DNA of 63,997 bases, filler included, from Sphacelaria rigidula (lineage: Eukaryota), in NCBI GenBank assembly GCA_964200075.2. It is 8 parts of 8 records of this genome, joined end to end, with 100 filler letters (N's around TTAATTAATTAA, not from the genome) between each part and the next. Parts side by side here need not be neighbours in the genome. Positions count along the whole stretch, not along the records: positions 8,014 to 15,926 come from CAXNAA020012997.1; positions 16,027 to 23,938 come from CAXNAA020012998.1; positions 24,039 to 31,950 come from CAXNAA020012999.1; 5 more parts are not named here. One strand, 5' to 3'. Positions 12,046-24,866 of this stretch are shown one piece after another. The first letter of the stretch is position 1. Every line of letters begins with the position of its first letter. Made by a program: the position numbers and the translations under genes. The notes below the pieces were generated by a model. The model saw nothing but the letters and a program-made list of their open reading frames with translations, had not been told where the DNA came from and searched no databases.

Positions 12046-13984
12046 GCGGAAGGGGAGGGGTTCAAAGTGTGAGGGAAGAAAAAAAATGTTTGCCGGTACG
12101 AAAATCTCGACATGTCAACGTCAAGCTTCTCTGACGCGACCGCTGCGTTCTGACATGGACCCTTCCCCACGCACCCGACAAGTGGACAACATCCCCGTCT
12201 AGACAGTAGCAATGCTAGCGGATACAAGATCCTGACATTCCGGTAGCCGACAAGGTAGTTATGGCAGTGTCTCTGGCGATATCAACTTACGGTGCACTGG
12301 AGCAGAGTTTGCAGGCGAATGTTTTGGCGATTGCCTCACCTGCAGTTCGCCTAGATGTTGCAGATTTTTTCACGATGTCACAGAGTAACATTATGTGTGA
12401 ATATGTAAATGTACCAGATCCTACATTATATGCTGAAATGTCCCACACCCTGGACAAAAAACTCTACAGTCAGTACGAACACGGTGTTGAAAGTGTACTG
12501 CGCACAAAATGAAATAAGTAGCCGACTGTAATTTGTGTAACACTAATCCTCGTGCTTGGAGTCGGTAACTGGAACGCTACACCCCGAGACAACAATGTGT
12601 AAAAGTCTCGAGAGCATGAAATGCTACAGGCGACTTTCGCGCCATTGCGGCTGTGTTACCATACAGCTCCGCCCAAGATACAGGCAGCGATGACAGCAGC
12701 AGAGGCGACCTTTCACTCCTGCGTGCGCCACCAGGGGCAAACGTACGTTGTTGCTGCAACACGGAGAGCTTTACAAAATGTCTCGTAGCGATATAGGGCG
12801 TAGCGAAGGGTGATATCCCGCGTACACGTTGGCCGCAGATACAAGCGGTTGCGTTCGTGATGTGGCGAACTGCATAGGACAGCGCGAAATCAATGCAGCA
12901 CAGGGATAGGCTGTGGATGTGACGTTCTGTCGTGTGCTTTGTCACCCTGCACCCTGCCGCTGTGCAGTGAGCAGGTAGTACCGCCGAAGGCGTAACGCTG
13001 CGGTTGGTACGCAGTGTCGAACACGTAGCAGCAAACAGCATATTTCATGTACAATAGACAAGGATGTGTGTTTCAAGACCGATGCGCCCACAGTGGGACC
13101 CGCATGTAGAGAACCCTGCATCAACTCGCCCTGTTCTAGCGGATACCGACATATTTTCAGCAAAAACCGCTTGCGACATGTGCTGTAACGAATCTCATGC
13201 GTCATGCAGCTGTCTCCTATGTGCGGCATCGCCCGTGAAGCGAGCTGTTGAAGCAAACAGTGCCCAACCCTCCTCCCACGATGACCTCCTGTCTGAGCTC
13301 GAGATAGTTGAAACTGCGGAACATGACTTTAACTAGTACAACGTACACCTCAACATCACACACCGCCTCCATGGCATCGGAAAGGAAAAACACCGAAGAC
13401 ACAAGTACCAAACCTCGGTCGGTAAATGGCCTGGAAAATACTATTCCGAATTTAGTTAGTCCCGGTCAAAAAGCGCCTCGCCTCATCTTAATTTCCAGAG
13501 ATGGAATTTCAAGTTTGGTATGGAGAATGAATCGGGCATGATAATAAAAACAAGGTTTTGCGGGACAGAACGCTTTATTTTTCGTGGTTTTTACGGCATT
13601 TTCCTGAAACCCTGGATACTGATCATCGAATACGTCAGACGAGCACGAGTGTGACTCGTGGCAATCGCACTCGTTGGGCTGCTCGTTGGCCGTAAAAAAT
13701 TAATATGCAATTAATTCCAGACGAATCATTGATTCGTCCGACCCTTGCAATAATTGGAGGTGTCTTCATTACGGGTAGGCTCCTCGAGCGTTCGGAAGAT
13801 TGGCTAGATGGCCGGTGCGGGAACCCAAGCGACTAAAACCCTGTGTTCCACTTGGCGTAGTAGACGCACCGCTCCACTCATGTGAGCTTTTCTGCCCCAG
13901 GTCATGACAAAAATAATCAGCGTTTGGTAAAATATCAGTGATTAACGCAACACATGACATAGCGCTAATTCTCACACACAACAG

Positions 13985-14128
13985 GCTGTGCGGGAGTGCG
14001 GATTTCAGTGTCCCGACTCTGGTTTTGTTGTCCAAAAGTACCCCGAGAGAACACACGGCGGGCTCTGCGGGAGTGCGGATTCCAGTGTCTCGACTTTGGT
14101 TTTGTTGTCCAAAAGTACCCCCGAGAGA
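13985..14128 (+). repeat. Tandem duplication, two copies of ~77 bp
   Basis: gct.tgcgggagtgcggatt.cagtgt..cgact.tggttttgttgtccaaaagtacccc.gagaga occurs twice. Confidence 0.9.
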
Positions 14129-14159
14129 GGGTGCTATATAGAGAGGGAGGGAAAAAAAG

Positions 14160-14572
14160 CAGGGAGGGATACCTGACACGTGACGTTTTAACGTGGCATA
14201 CATTGGAAAACATGTAACTCTAGGTCATTTAACGTTACCTAAGATTTTTTTAATTTTTGGATGGGGAATGTGTAACGTAACGTGATGTAACGTGTGGTCC
14301 TTCACATGAACCTTAACATTGCGTTTTACTTTCCAAATGTGACGAAAACTCTGCTTGCTTTCGTGAATATGTGACGTGTCTTGTGAAAAATTCACAAAAA
14401 CAGCCTTCTTTTACATCTGGAGAACACCAAGAGACACTGCTTCAAGGTCCACATGTTACACCACTTTACGTTGCATTTGTCGCGTCCAAAAAATCAAACC
14501 TTCCGTAGCGTTAAATGGCCCAAAGTTACGTTTTCCCCGTTTTTTTTCAAATGTGTCACGTGTCCCTCCCTG
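14160..14572. mobile_element. hAT-type MITE (413 bp)
   Basis: TIR CAGGGAGGGAtACcTGACAC / GTGTCACGTGTCCCTCCCTG; 8-bp TSD AAAAAAAG at 14152-14159 and 14573-14580. Confidence 0.85.
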
Positions 14573-15752
14573 AAAAAAAGGGATTGATGGTCCCTTGGGA
14601 GCTATGATACGAACTCGTCCTGGAGGCAGCATCGGACAGTTTTGAGGGATTTTCGTGACTGAAGCCGGCAGTGTTGGAACGGATCATGGTTCATAGGAGT
14701 TGACTACCCATGAAGTGGCAGGACTCAACCATATGCCGACTGTTGGTCCCGCATGCACCCGACGGTGGATAACGTATGCAATGCAGTCATCTCAACGGCA
14801 TTACGGTTCGGAAGAAAAGTACGACTGATGCAAGGCCCATGAAAGAAGAGGATTTCAACGATGTTTCGACTCTTCGTCCCGCACGAGTCATACGCATAAA
14901 AAAGATGTACATGCCATTCATGCCTCATGGTAAGTGTGGGTGGCATGTACAACCGATCCACTCCGCGTTTTTCTACAGGGGGTTAACATGTGTCCATGAT
15001 CTCCCCCCCATGACCTGGAGGTAGGAAACAGGTAGCGTTGACGATGTACTGCACGAGTCAAGAGGTCGCATTTTGTGCAAATTATAAATGATGAACGAAT
15101 CGTATGACGTATTCGTTTAAAGTGATGAACATGAGTTGAATCACGATTTGATTCGTCCTAACCGCGGAAGCTTTCAGTGTCGTGTTCTGCCGGGTATACC
15201 CGGAAGTGGGAGAGGAGGGGGAGGGGGGGGCGGGTGACATGCTACGTAAGCCAGACCGGGGAGTGTACCGAAAAGTCAGGTATGAACCGTCAGGGTATCG
15301 AGGCCTGTTGCGAACAATTCGGCATGGTGGTGGAAGGATATTTTATTTACCGATCAAATACCTCCTTCATACTTGTGTAAATGCCCAATACTTTTAGTCG
15401 ATATGCCCTACGAAACGCAGCCTTAACATAACAACTTTGGGGAGTTTTTAACTCCACCGTTAAACCCTTCGACCACGAGGGTAAAGTCATCTCGTCATGC
15501 AGTCATTTTTCAAGTGAAAAGGGACGCTGATTCAACGGATGACCTGTGCTCGCAGTCGAAGGGTGTATAAAACCAGCGTAGAGCTGTCGACCTGTAAAAC
15601 TCGGAATCATTTTTACTTGGAAAACGAAATGATATCATAGATCGTTCGGCAAGACTCGCATAGTTGTCTACCAGCGCCATGCCTCTTTTCGGAACAGAAT
15701 CATCAGCTGACGTTTTGACACCGGTAACCCCGAGACTACTCGGATTACTTAA

Positions 15753-15880
15753 CCCTTAGACGACGAGCGTCGCCTCGGAACAGGTGTACAGGCTGACAGT
15801 TCCCGAGACATTCGGGGGGTTCCAGAGCTCGAGGGGGGGGGGGGGGAACCGTACGCGGAGGTCGGAGGAGCGTCGGGTGG
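15753..15880 (+). mobile_element. Truncated piggyBac-like MITE end, same family as 60039-60777
   Basis: TTAA|CCCTTAGACGACGAGCGTCGCCTCGGAACA...ggctgaca...gagacattcggggggttccag matches the terminus of the 60.0-60.8 kb element. Confidence 0.65.
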
Positions 15881-18219
15881 GGAAAGAGGGTAGATATCGG
15901 TGGTCGCGGGAACATTAAAAAAAAAANNNNNNNNNNNNNNNNNNNNNNNNNNNNNNNNNNNNNNNNNNNNTTAATTAATTAANNNNNNNNNNNNNNNNNN
16001 NNNNNNNNNNNNNNNNNNNNNNNNNNGGGGGCGTACTCATTTGTTGCTTGCCTTAGTCATTTGACCATTGACCACGCATCCCTTTCGAGACGGAGCCACG
16101 GGGGGGGGGGAGGGTACTCATGATATTGCATGCCGAAGTCAGAAGACCATTAACCTCGCATCCCTACAAACCCAGGGCGGAGCACGGGGAGGGAGAGTAT
16201 CCTGTATAGTCTTTCACCGTTCACATGCGAAGGGTTTCGTTCTTGAGCATCAAGGGTACCAAAAAGGCACACGATGTGCTTAGACCTTGTTTTGGTGACT
16301 GGGTTGTCCCGGATTGTCGGCTCTACACCTCCGGTGCGAACTGTTGCCGAGAGTTGAAGGTACGCTATGTACAAGAAGCCAAAAAAAAACGAAACAAACA
16401 AACGAATACATGAATCGGAGTGAATTGTCTGATGGCCCGATAACAGAGGGGCAAAATGTATTGCAGGGTGGGGTCAACACCCTCCACGATCGGCGTAGCA
16501 CCTGTCCCTTGTTGCCAGAGGTATACATTCGACGCACCCACACACGAACATGTCACTCAAAGGCCGGACTTCGGTCCCCATGCATACATGAAATTTCACT
16601 CGAACGCTTCGCGAAGTTTCTCGTTTTTCGGCTCATAACTTGCTCCTGCTCTAGTACTACGCGTTCCTCTCACCAATCAATCAAGCAAACGAAGAGGGCA
16701 CACGTACTTCCTGTGTCTTCTGCAGGCACGCAGCACCTCACCGACGCTCGAAACAAAAAGGTGGGATTTCGTGTGCCATGAGTGCAGTAACGGTCGATAT
16801 TGTCGCACTCCGACGGTTCATTTTTCAGTATATACTCTCTCGACAGTGGGAGGTGGTGCTTTTGGCGAAGATACACAGCCGTATCGTCGGAACCATCATA
16901 TCATCAAAACCTGTCGATAGAATCACACCTTCTTTCGCCATATTCCGTGCAGGCTGTTGCGTCTCGAGATAATAAACTGTTGAAAAACAGGTATTGCTCG
17001 GGGTCCGAAAATGCTTCATCTCCTCGTGGGGCAGCTCTTAGGGGGAGGTTAGTAGCGGTAGTAGCCAAGAGACCGACTTTGAGCAACAATGAACACGTCT
17101 GCCTTTTTATTGGGGGATGATTTACTCTGAAGAAACGGGAATCCATCTGTTTTGGCTATGTGAACGATTTGCGCGAAACGTTTTTGGGGTGACCGAGACA
17201 GGTGGTGAGAGCGTTCCTTGTCGACCGCTCTCATCAGTCAGTATTATATTGTACATACTGTGCTGTAGTCCTGCTACTACTGTACTATATATATATACAC
17301 ATGTACATGTATCATTTAACATTTTTCACCACTTTTCCCGAGTTTTCTCCGGCGGCAGGGCATGCTTTCCCGCGCTTTCTTTTGCAGCGCACTGAGAAGG
17401 CTCAGCGGTACATTACCGTTCAGGTTTGGGCGTCATCTGATGCCTGTGGCGCGGATTCTAGCCACCGAAAGTCGCTCAAACTGGCCCTTTTTCGCGAGTT
17501 GTCGATCCCGAACCACAAAAGCCTCTTCAAGATCATAGAAAAAATGAAGCAGGAACCCGAACCACAAAATCCTGTTGGCGATCATGGGAAACTTGAAACA
17601 GGATAACGTTTGGCGAGGTATTTTCCCCCCGTGTTTCTCTTTGTTGCCTTCTCGTTCATTTGGGAGCACGAACACACCGATTATGCCGCCAATGTCACGG
17701 GAACATGAGAGCAAAGCAGTTGAAAACAATTGAAAATTGCCTCGGACTTAGTCAGCAGAAAATACAAGACCATGCAATGGGCCGTTGGCGAGTTGAACAA
17801 GGCACAGGAGCACGGCAGCACAGGAATGTTTTGCCGCAAAAAACAATCAACCTGTTTAAATAAAAAGGCCCGGTGATGTGGAAGCCACAGCGATGTACAA
17901 AGGACATACCAAGAATGTTCCACGCATTCCAAGTTTTCGGGAAGTGCCTTTCGCTGTCATGTCTTTGTGGCACGAGAGCCACTTCGCACTCTGGCACCTC
18001 GGGCATACCACACATGTCCTACGCCGGCGGTCCCGCCGTCGGGCTCCGTCCGAATCCCTATGTTTCCGAACGACATCCGATAACACATGCGATGTTTTGT
18101 ACAGCCACGATCACCACTGTACGTTGAGATACAACAGTAGCTTCTTTTCACCATATATTTTCGACTTGCGTCACCCCCGAGAGGCCCGTACCAACCTCCC
18201 GAAGGGGAACCTTGCATAT

Positions 18220-19010
18220 ATATATAACTGCTGTACTTCCTGTCCGGTCTCTCGGGGAAACGCTTTTAACTCTCCTTTTTCATTGTCCTTGCCGTAGTAC
18301 TGTACTGCTGATCTGGGCGTTTCCGCGAGGGATGCCAGCAAGCATGCTGACTTCGCTTTGTATGCAGCAATTGCCGTTGGTGTGCGGTAGTTTTTCCTTG
18401 TCACCGATGAAGCAACAGGCAGGGAAGGGCTGATGGATTGCAGCAAATATGTGAAAATGTAGTGAGGCGGGCGTTAGCCACAACAGCCACGGTGTGTCCG
18501 CTATTATGTTGCACATACTGTTGTCCTACTACTGTATATATATGAAACAACTGCACTGACTCTCTGTCCGCTTTCTCGGGGAAACGCTTCAACTCTCCTC
18601 TTCCAGTGTCCTTGCCGTAGTACGGTGAAGTTGGTCTGGGTGATCTCGCAAGGGATATCAGCAAGCTGGTTTTCTTTGTTTTGTACACAGCAAAAATTCT
18701 TCTTGTGCTGTAGTTTTGGCTCACCGATGAAGTAGGAGGTGGGGAGGGGCTGGTGAATTGCAACAGCCATGTGGAAATGTCGTGAGGGGGCGAGTAGAAG
18801 CCACAACAGCCACGGTGTGTCGCTGTTATACTGTACATCCTGCAGTCCATACTGCACGTATAAAACTGCTGCACTGACTCTCTGTCCGCTTCCTCGGGGG
18901 AACGCTTCAACTCTTCAGTTTACCCGTTCTTGCTGTAGTACCGTGCCACTGATCTGGGCTACAGCAAGGGATGTCAGCAAGCTGCTTAAGTTCGCTTTTG
19001 TATGCAGCCA
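18220..19010 (+). repeat. Diverged tandem repeat, about 2.5-3 copies of ~310-330 bp
   Basis: ctgtccg.t..ctcgggg.aacgctt.aactct, gccgtagtac, tcaccgatgaag and agccacaacagccacggtgtgtc recur from about 18240, 18565 and 18880. Confidence 0.85.
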
Positions 19011-19841
19011 TTACCCTTCTTGTGCTTTAGGTTTGCTTGTCATACAGGTAGGAGAAGTACTGTACACGCTCTCGTCCCTCAGTGCTCTCGCCGTACTCCG
19101 GTACCACTGACCATCCACTCCTGCAAGCGAGCTACCGTACCGTTGATCATCCGATCCCGTAAAGGAGCTATTACACTGTACATACTGTACTGTAGTGCTA
19201 CTGTTGTACGGTACATTTGATCAAACCGTCTGCCATTTACGTGGGGCAATGCTTGAGCTCTCCTCTTTCAGTAAAACACTGGATTGTTGTGCACGGGTGC
19301 AGTAAGTAGTATCGGTAGACTCCACAATACGGCGTTTTCAAATTCGTTGTGTACACGAACAACTTGAGCGTTCGTCACACATCATCTTTCGGCCTGCCTA
19401 AGCCGAACACTAGAGAAGAGTGACAGTATTTTCCTCTTCAGTCCGAGCGTCTAGTGTGAAGTATGTCCCGGAGAGGATCATTTTTGATTTGGATAAAGTG
19501 TGGAGAAACCGGACACGATCGTCTTGATCACAGAATGCAGCGGCGAGACATTACGTTATTAATGAACAGAATAATAATAAATCGTAATGATAATAATGAC
19601 AAAAATAATAATGGTAACTATTGGTAAGCCACGGCTGACGCGCGTGGCAGCAGTGCCGAACATATCAGCGCCACGGGTCTTGCACGCGTGGAGGTTTGAA
19701 CGTAACGGCGAAGAACAAAACATGAGCCTGACATTAATCGTAATTGATGAGGGTGAGCAGATAAGAACTTGCAACCGCACGGCTAACCGTAATTATTATA
19801 AAGAAGAAAGGGAGCCTCACCGCTAGGGACGCTAATAATGA

Positions 19842-19867
19842 GGTGGGTGGGTGGGTGGGTGGGTGGG
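19842..19867. repeat. (GGGT)n microsatellite
   Basis: ggtgggtgggtgggtgggt... seen directly. Confidence 0.9.
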
Positions 19868-20653
19868 TATTAGATCCCGAAAAGTGTCCGAGCTGTTTGA
19901 CGACATTTTACCGACCACAGATCACTTTCCTTGGATACACTTGGCTATAGAATATGTCCTCAACATGGAGAAATCGTGAGTTACAGCGATGCTCTCCCCA
20001 GTCAGACGCTGCATATACCTTCACGCCGCTGACACATCACGGGGTTAGACTTTTTTTTCAAGTGCTTCCCAAGCTCGCTCTCGAAACCCGCAAAAGATGA
20101 GCGATTTTTCAGAGTTTTTTGCTGAGCGCGGGATGTGCCCTGAAAAGGTGACGGCCCGATGCATCCAGTTCGTAGCACAGATCGCGAAAAAATGCGCTCC
20201 GATCTGTAGAGTAGTCCACCTCCAGTACACGTACGTGCAGGTTCATGATATACAAGTGGAACAATCTGCTGTGGGCGTTTTACATTGGTTGACGGACTTG
20301 CGGGTCTGATTGGCAGACTATGTGGATTTGAACATCACATGCTTCACGCATGTGGTTACTTCCGATAACGAAGATTGTGTGTTTGTGACTAACAACTGTC
20401 TTGAAGTCTCCAAGCCCTAGTGAGGGAGGAAGCCCTTGGAGCAGTCTTGCGACCCTGTTCTGAGTCCAGGAGGGCTCTATAATAAACGTTTATTGAGAGG
20501 AACCCGCTGGTTTCTGAAAGAGGTTTTTCCGCTGTGGGCAGCTGCGGAGAAATTATATCAAAATTTGTACACAGGAGTGTGCACTCTGTAGCGTGAGGGA
20601 GCTCGCTGACAACAGAGAGACGGCGAGGTTGGCTGGAACTGTTGCGTGCAGCT

Positions 20654-23600
20654 ATGGCAACACGCAAGAAAGTGGGTGATGGCGATGCAGGCGAAGAGGT
20701 GAAGTTTAAGTTTACTGAGCTTATGCCTGCAGGATCGCTGAAAGCCCCAGAGTACGAACGGCATTTTAGTGAAAATGCGTCCCGACGTTTTTATCAGAAA
20801 TACGTCGAGTATGAGGAGGCAGTCATAATGAACAACAAAGGACGTAGCATGCAGGCCGTCTTATTGACTGTCACTGAACTGATGCCGAAGCACATTCGTG
20901 CGTGTCTGTCACGCACGATTTTTGACGGATCCGTGCTTGACGAAGATGGTCTCAAGGAGGCACTAGGCCGACATGCTAAATGTCGGGAGGATGAAGAGAT
21001 TGACCTTTCGGTTGCTGCCGCTGGTGTGCGGAAAGCATTGGCGGCCCGCAACGAGCACACTGCAACGAGAAGAGTAGAAGGGCAGTGGGATGCCCTAGAG
21101 GAATTTTTTGCGGAGAATGCTAGCGCCGAGCGTGCGTTCCGTGATGATGCAAAATTCAAACCAGGACCCGCTCAAATCATAACGCGGGAAATGTTGAATG
21201 GACTCTTCCCCCCCCCCCCCCCGAATTCAAAACCGAAGTCCTCAACATGTTGAACATGAAGGGGGGTGGAAGGAGGACCCTGGGCTTGTGTATAACACGG
21301 CTCGGGAAGCAGCGGAGGCATGGAAGACTGTGGAAGCGGCGGATAAGCAGCGCCGTCAGCAGCCGAAGCTGAAACAAAAGAGTGGCAGCGGGACTTCCGG
21401 AAGCAAGCGCCAACCGAATGGTGGGAAAACGGCGAGCAGTGGAAATGGGACTGCCAGTTCCGGGAAAACCCGCAAACCAGGCCCAAACTATGCAGGATTT
21501 TTTATGTGTGGAGACAAGGGCCATTTCCGGAAGGATTGCAAGCAGCAAGGCCAGGCTGGTGCTACACAACGTAATGACGGTGGGCAGACGAAGACTGGCG
21601 ACAAGCAGCAACAACAACAGCAGCTGTCGCAGGGCCCTGGACAGGTGCCTCGCGGAGGGGGCACGAGTCCCGCCCCTACAAGTGCTCCCAGCGGGGGGGC
21701 GACGTTGCCACCAGAACCTGTCGCTTCTACTGGTGGCTTACAGCAGACCACGTCATCGCACTCGTTCCCGGGTTCAAAATCTGAGGCGGTGCCAGCATGG
21801 AGATCACTCAAAGCGGGTGAGGTGTCAGGTTTTCAATCTGAGGGTCTGGAAGTAGATATCAAGGAAAGGTGGTGTCTTGCCGACTTGTCTGTCCCGAGTG
21901 CAGGGGCGAAGGTGTTTGTCCGGTCACGGCTATTTCAGATTCAGGATCTGGACTTACGACCATGTCAGCTGGTTTGGCGGCGAAATTGCAAGCCATGGTT
22001 CCAGGTGTCCAAGTGATGAGACCCATGGCTGGTGAAGAGTTGGTCAAATTGGCGAATAGCCATGTTGAGCGCGTGAAGCAGAAAACTTGCCCTGTCCGCA
22101 CCGCTTTGCATACCAGCTGGGGTCCGGTTGTATTGGACCCATGCTCCTATGTGGTCATGCCGGGTACCGATGATATCATAATCATGGGGAGCCCAATGCT
22201 AGAGGAGCTTGGCATCGACGTGTACAGTAGTTTAGGTACCTGTGCGCGGGCGAGAAACACCTCGGTGCGTGGTGTAGACACGCCTGAATTCAAGGATTGT
22301 CGACGTATCAACATCGCGGTTGAGGCTCTGCAGCACCAAGGTGATCGTGAGGAGCCCGTGGATCCCTCAGTCGAGCGGTTGGTGTCGCGCTGTCCGGAGA
22401 TGAGTATGACCCCCGAACAAGAGCTGGCTGAGCGTAAGGTCGCGCTAGAGGAGGCGGTACTAGCAGCTGCCAATGATGGTGTGTCCGAGAGCGGCGTGGG
22501 CAAGCTTCGCGAGCTTGTAAACCGCCGTGCGAAAGCTTTTCGGCGAGCGCTACGTGGTGATCCGCCCGCTCGTGTCGAGCCTCTCACGGTGACATTCAAA
22601 CCTGGTGCTACGGCGGTTAAGGCTAGGCCGCGAGCATACTCTCCGTTTAAGATGGCATGGTTGGCACGTTGCATGGCGACGTTGGTGGCGCTCGGGCTCG
22701 TGTATCGCAGTTTGCAGGCAGTATGGGCGAGCGCGGCTGTTGCAACGCCTAAAAAGGGCGGTTTCAGACTGGTGAGTGATTACCGTGCCGTTAATAAGCA
22801 GATTGAGAAAGTGCCGACTGTGACGCCAAACCAAGAAGCGGAGATGGCGGATTTGTTAGGGGCTGCTTGCTTTGGAAAGCTAGACATGCTACAGGGATAC
22901 TAGCAGATGCCGTTGGCGGCAGATGCCCAAGAAATCTTCACTATCGCAACCCCTGACGGGTTATTGATGCCTATGCGCGTGCCTCAAGGAGTACTCAACG
23001 CTACGGGGTATTTTCAGGGCACTATGACGAAGCTACTGACTGGACTTCCAAGTAAGGGGGGGGTAGATGACATCTTGTCGTGGGGGGCGAATGAAGATGA
23101 CTTGCTGTGCACGCTGAATGCGATTTTAAGCCCTCTCAAGGATGCTGGTCTTTTTGCGGCTGCACACAAATGTATGTTTTATTATACGCAAATTACGTGG
23201 TGCGGAAAGGTTCTCTCGGGTGGGATGGTGGCTCACGACAGGGAGCGGCTGAGCGGTTTGGCAAATATGAGGCGTCCTCAAACCGCGGGCGAGTTGATTT
23301 TTTATTTTGTCCCCAGGGGACAGGAAGGAACCTTAAACCATGCACTTCGCCGTTTCTAGTTTCGTGCGCGCTTCGAGTCGCTCCACCCGTCAGACATGCC
23401 CACCCGAGGGCAGACATGTCCAGCGAAATATGGATAGGCACCAAGGTTGGAGTGCCCCCCCACCCAGGTAGTGTCGGACTTGGGAAATAAAAGCAAAAAT
23501 GTCCCGCACCGACCAAACCTCCTACAGTGTCCCCTAGCTCGACTCTCTACACGAGTCACCCTGCCCATCCGGGCGTCGGTCCTCAGATGCAATTTTTACA

Positions 23601-23724
23601 AGCGGTGAATTGGCTGCGGACGTCTGTTCCGCGCCTTGCTGAAGTGGTGGAGCCACTTCGTCTCCTGCTCGAGGAACATATGGTGGGCAACGTGCGCCGT
23701 ACAAAGTGGGTTGCTTCAAACAGG
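20654..23724 (+). mobile_element. Decayed Ty3/Gypsy LTR retrotransposon, gag-PR-RT (truncated)
   Basis: Gag with zinc knuckle (F)FMCGDKGHFRKDC; protease AISDSGSG; RT motifs GFRLVSDYRAVNKQ, KLDMLQGY*QMPL, RVPQGVLNA, VDDILSWG and QFLQAVNWLR, in PR-RT order. Frameshifts at about 21215 and 21915, a TAG at 22901-22903, and an insertion at 23299-23585. Confidence 0.92.
23299..23585 (-). mobile_element. Short retroposon-like insertion inside the Gypsy RT
   Basis: Interrupts RPQTAGEL^MQFLQAVNW. GAT is duplicated at both ends, and there is an A-rich tail (ggggacaaaataaaaa) on the minus strand. Confidence 0.7.
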
Positions 23725-23938
23725 GACACTTTCTACGATACCCCCACCCCCCACAAAACCAGCTCAAAAGCGTCACGAAAAATTGGCCATTCAGCGCTTG
23801 ATGTTTGGGTTCAGGCTGCATGGAGCGCCTCATATTGGGGACATTGGCTAGAACAAACCCAAGCGTGGGAATTCCCAGCTTCTCGTTGTGCTCGGCTTTT
23901 CCCATTCCGATTTACGTGAAGGTTTTGAGCTGGTTTTG
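23724..23938 (+). mobile_element. MITE of the GACACTTTCTACGAT family, cut by the contig end
   Basis: Same terminus and internal sequence as 45964-46216 (opposite orientation) and about 63800-63997. Confidence 0.85.
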
Positions 23939-24416
23939 NNNNNNNNNNNNNNNNNNNNNNNNNNNNNNNNNNNNNNNNNNNNTTAATTAATTAANNNNNN
24001 NNNNNNNNNNNNNNNNNNNNNNNNNNNNNNNNNNNNNNTAGGGAAAGCACTGTTTTAGGCTTGAACCTCATCCCGGAGTTAAACCTCAATTCGCACAATT
24101 TGTTTCTAAAGGTGTCAAGGATGTGCCGTTTCGCGAAATGGCGGGTTGTTTGATGTGGATTGCCAATCAAACCAGGCCTGACATCTCCAACGCAGTGAGA
24201 TCCGTGGCGCGACACTCGCACGACCCGAAGGAAACCCAATGGAAGGCAGTACAAAAGATTTTCAAGTACCTGCATTCAACGGCAGACTTAGCACTGACAT
24301 ATCGTGTAGGACCTGGTGTAGACATAAGACCAACAGTGTATGTGGATGCGGACTACGGGAAGGATGACGAGGCGAGGAGATCGGTATCGAGTGGTGCAGT
24401 TTTGTGTGGTAGATCA

Positions 24417-24866
24417 TGAAGGAATATGGCTTCACTCTTGATGATGTGCTGATCTGGCAAATGTCTTCTGCAGTTTATGCAGCGTTGCAGAGAGTGACGG
24501 TTAAGTCACTTGACTTGAGAATGGAGATGTCGAACTTGGCGCTTATGTGATCAAAGACTCTAACTCATGGAAGAGAAGAGTATGAGAAGAGAAGTAGGAG
24601 AGGAGTGATCAGGTGGGCGAGCACCAAGTGTGCGAGCCTACCGATCAGCTAATGAACTTCCAGACTTTCCCCACGTCTAGAACACTCGTAGGATATTACA
24701 ACCGATAACTCCCAATTAATCCCCGGACAACTTGTTCTGGAAACATAATGTACCGCAGAACATACCGCAGACTATTTCTGGAACACTCAAATAATTTCTT
24801 ACTTGTTTACGATAAGCTACGATAGATCGTACTCGTTACCAATGACTGACATTGAATATTCCAACA
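24417..24866 (-). repeat. 3' LTR of the nested Copia (450 bp)
   Basis: About 17 substitutions against the 5' LTR by manual comparison (~96% identical). Confidence 0.95.

Noticed and set aside
20270-20573. Candidate 5' LTR of the Gypsy element (TG...CA, AATAAA)
   Set aside because: No partner LTR in the contig and no clear PBS, so boundaries cannot be supported.
21208-21222. Programmed frameshift at the poly-C tract in gag
   Set aside because: The element is otherwise decayed, and homopolymer slippage or a sequencing error is a simpler explanation.
23724-24416. Gypsy-Copia chimera
   Set aside because: The two elements are on different contigs separated by a linker.
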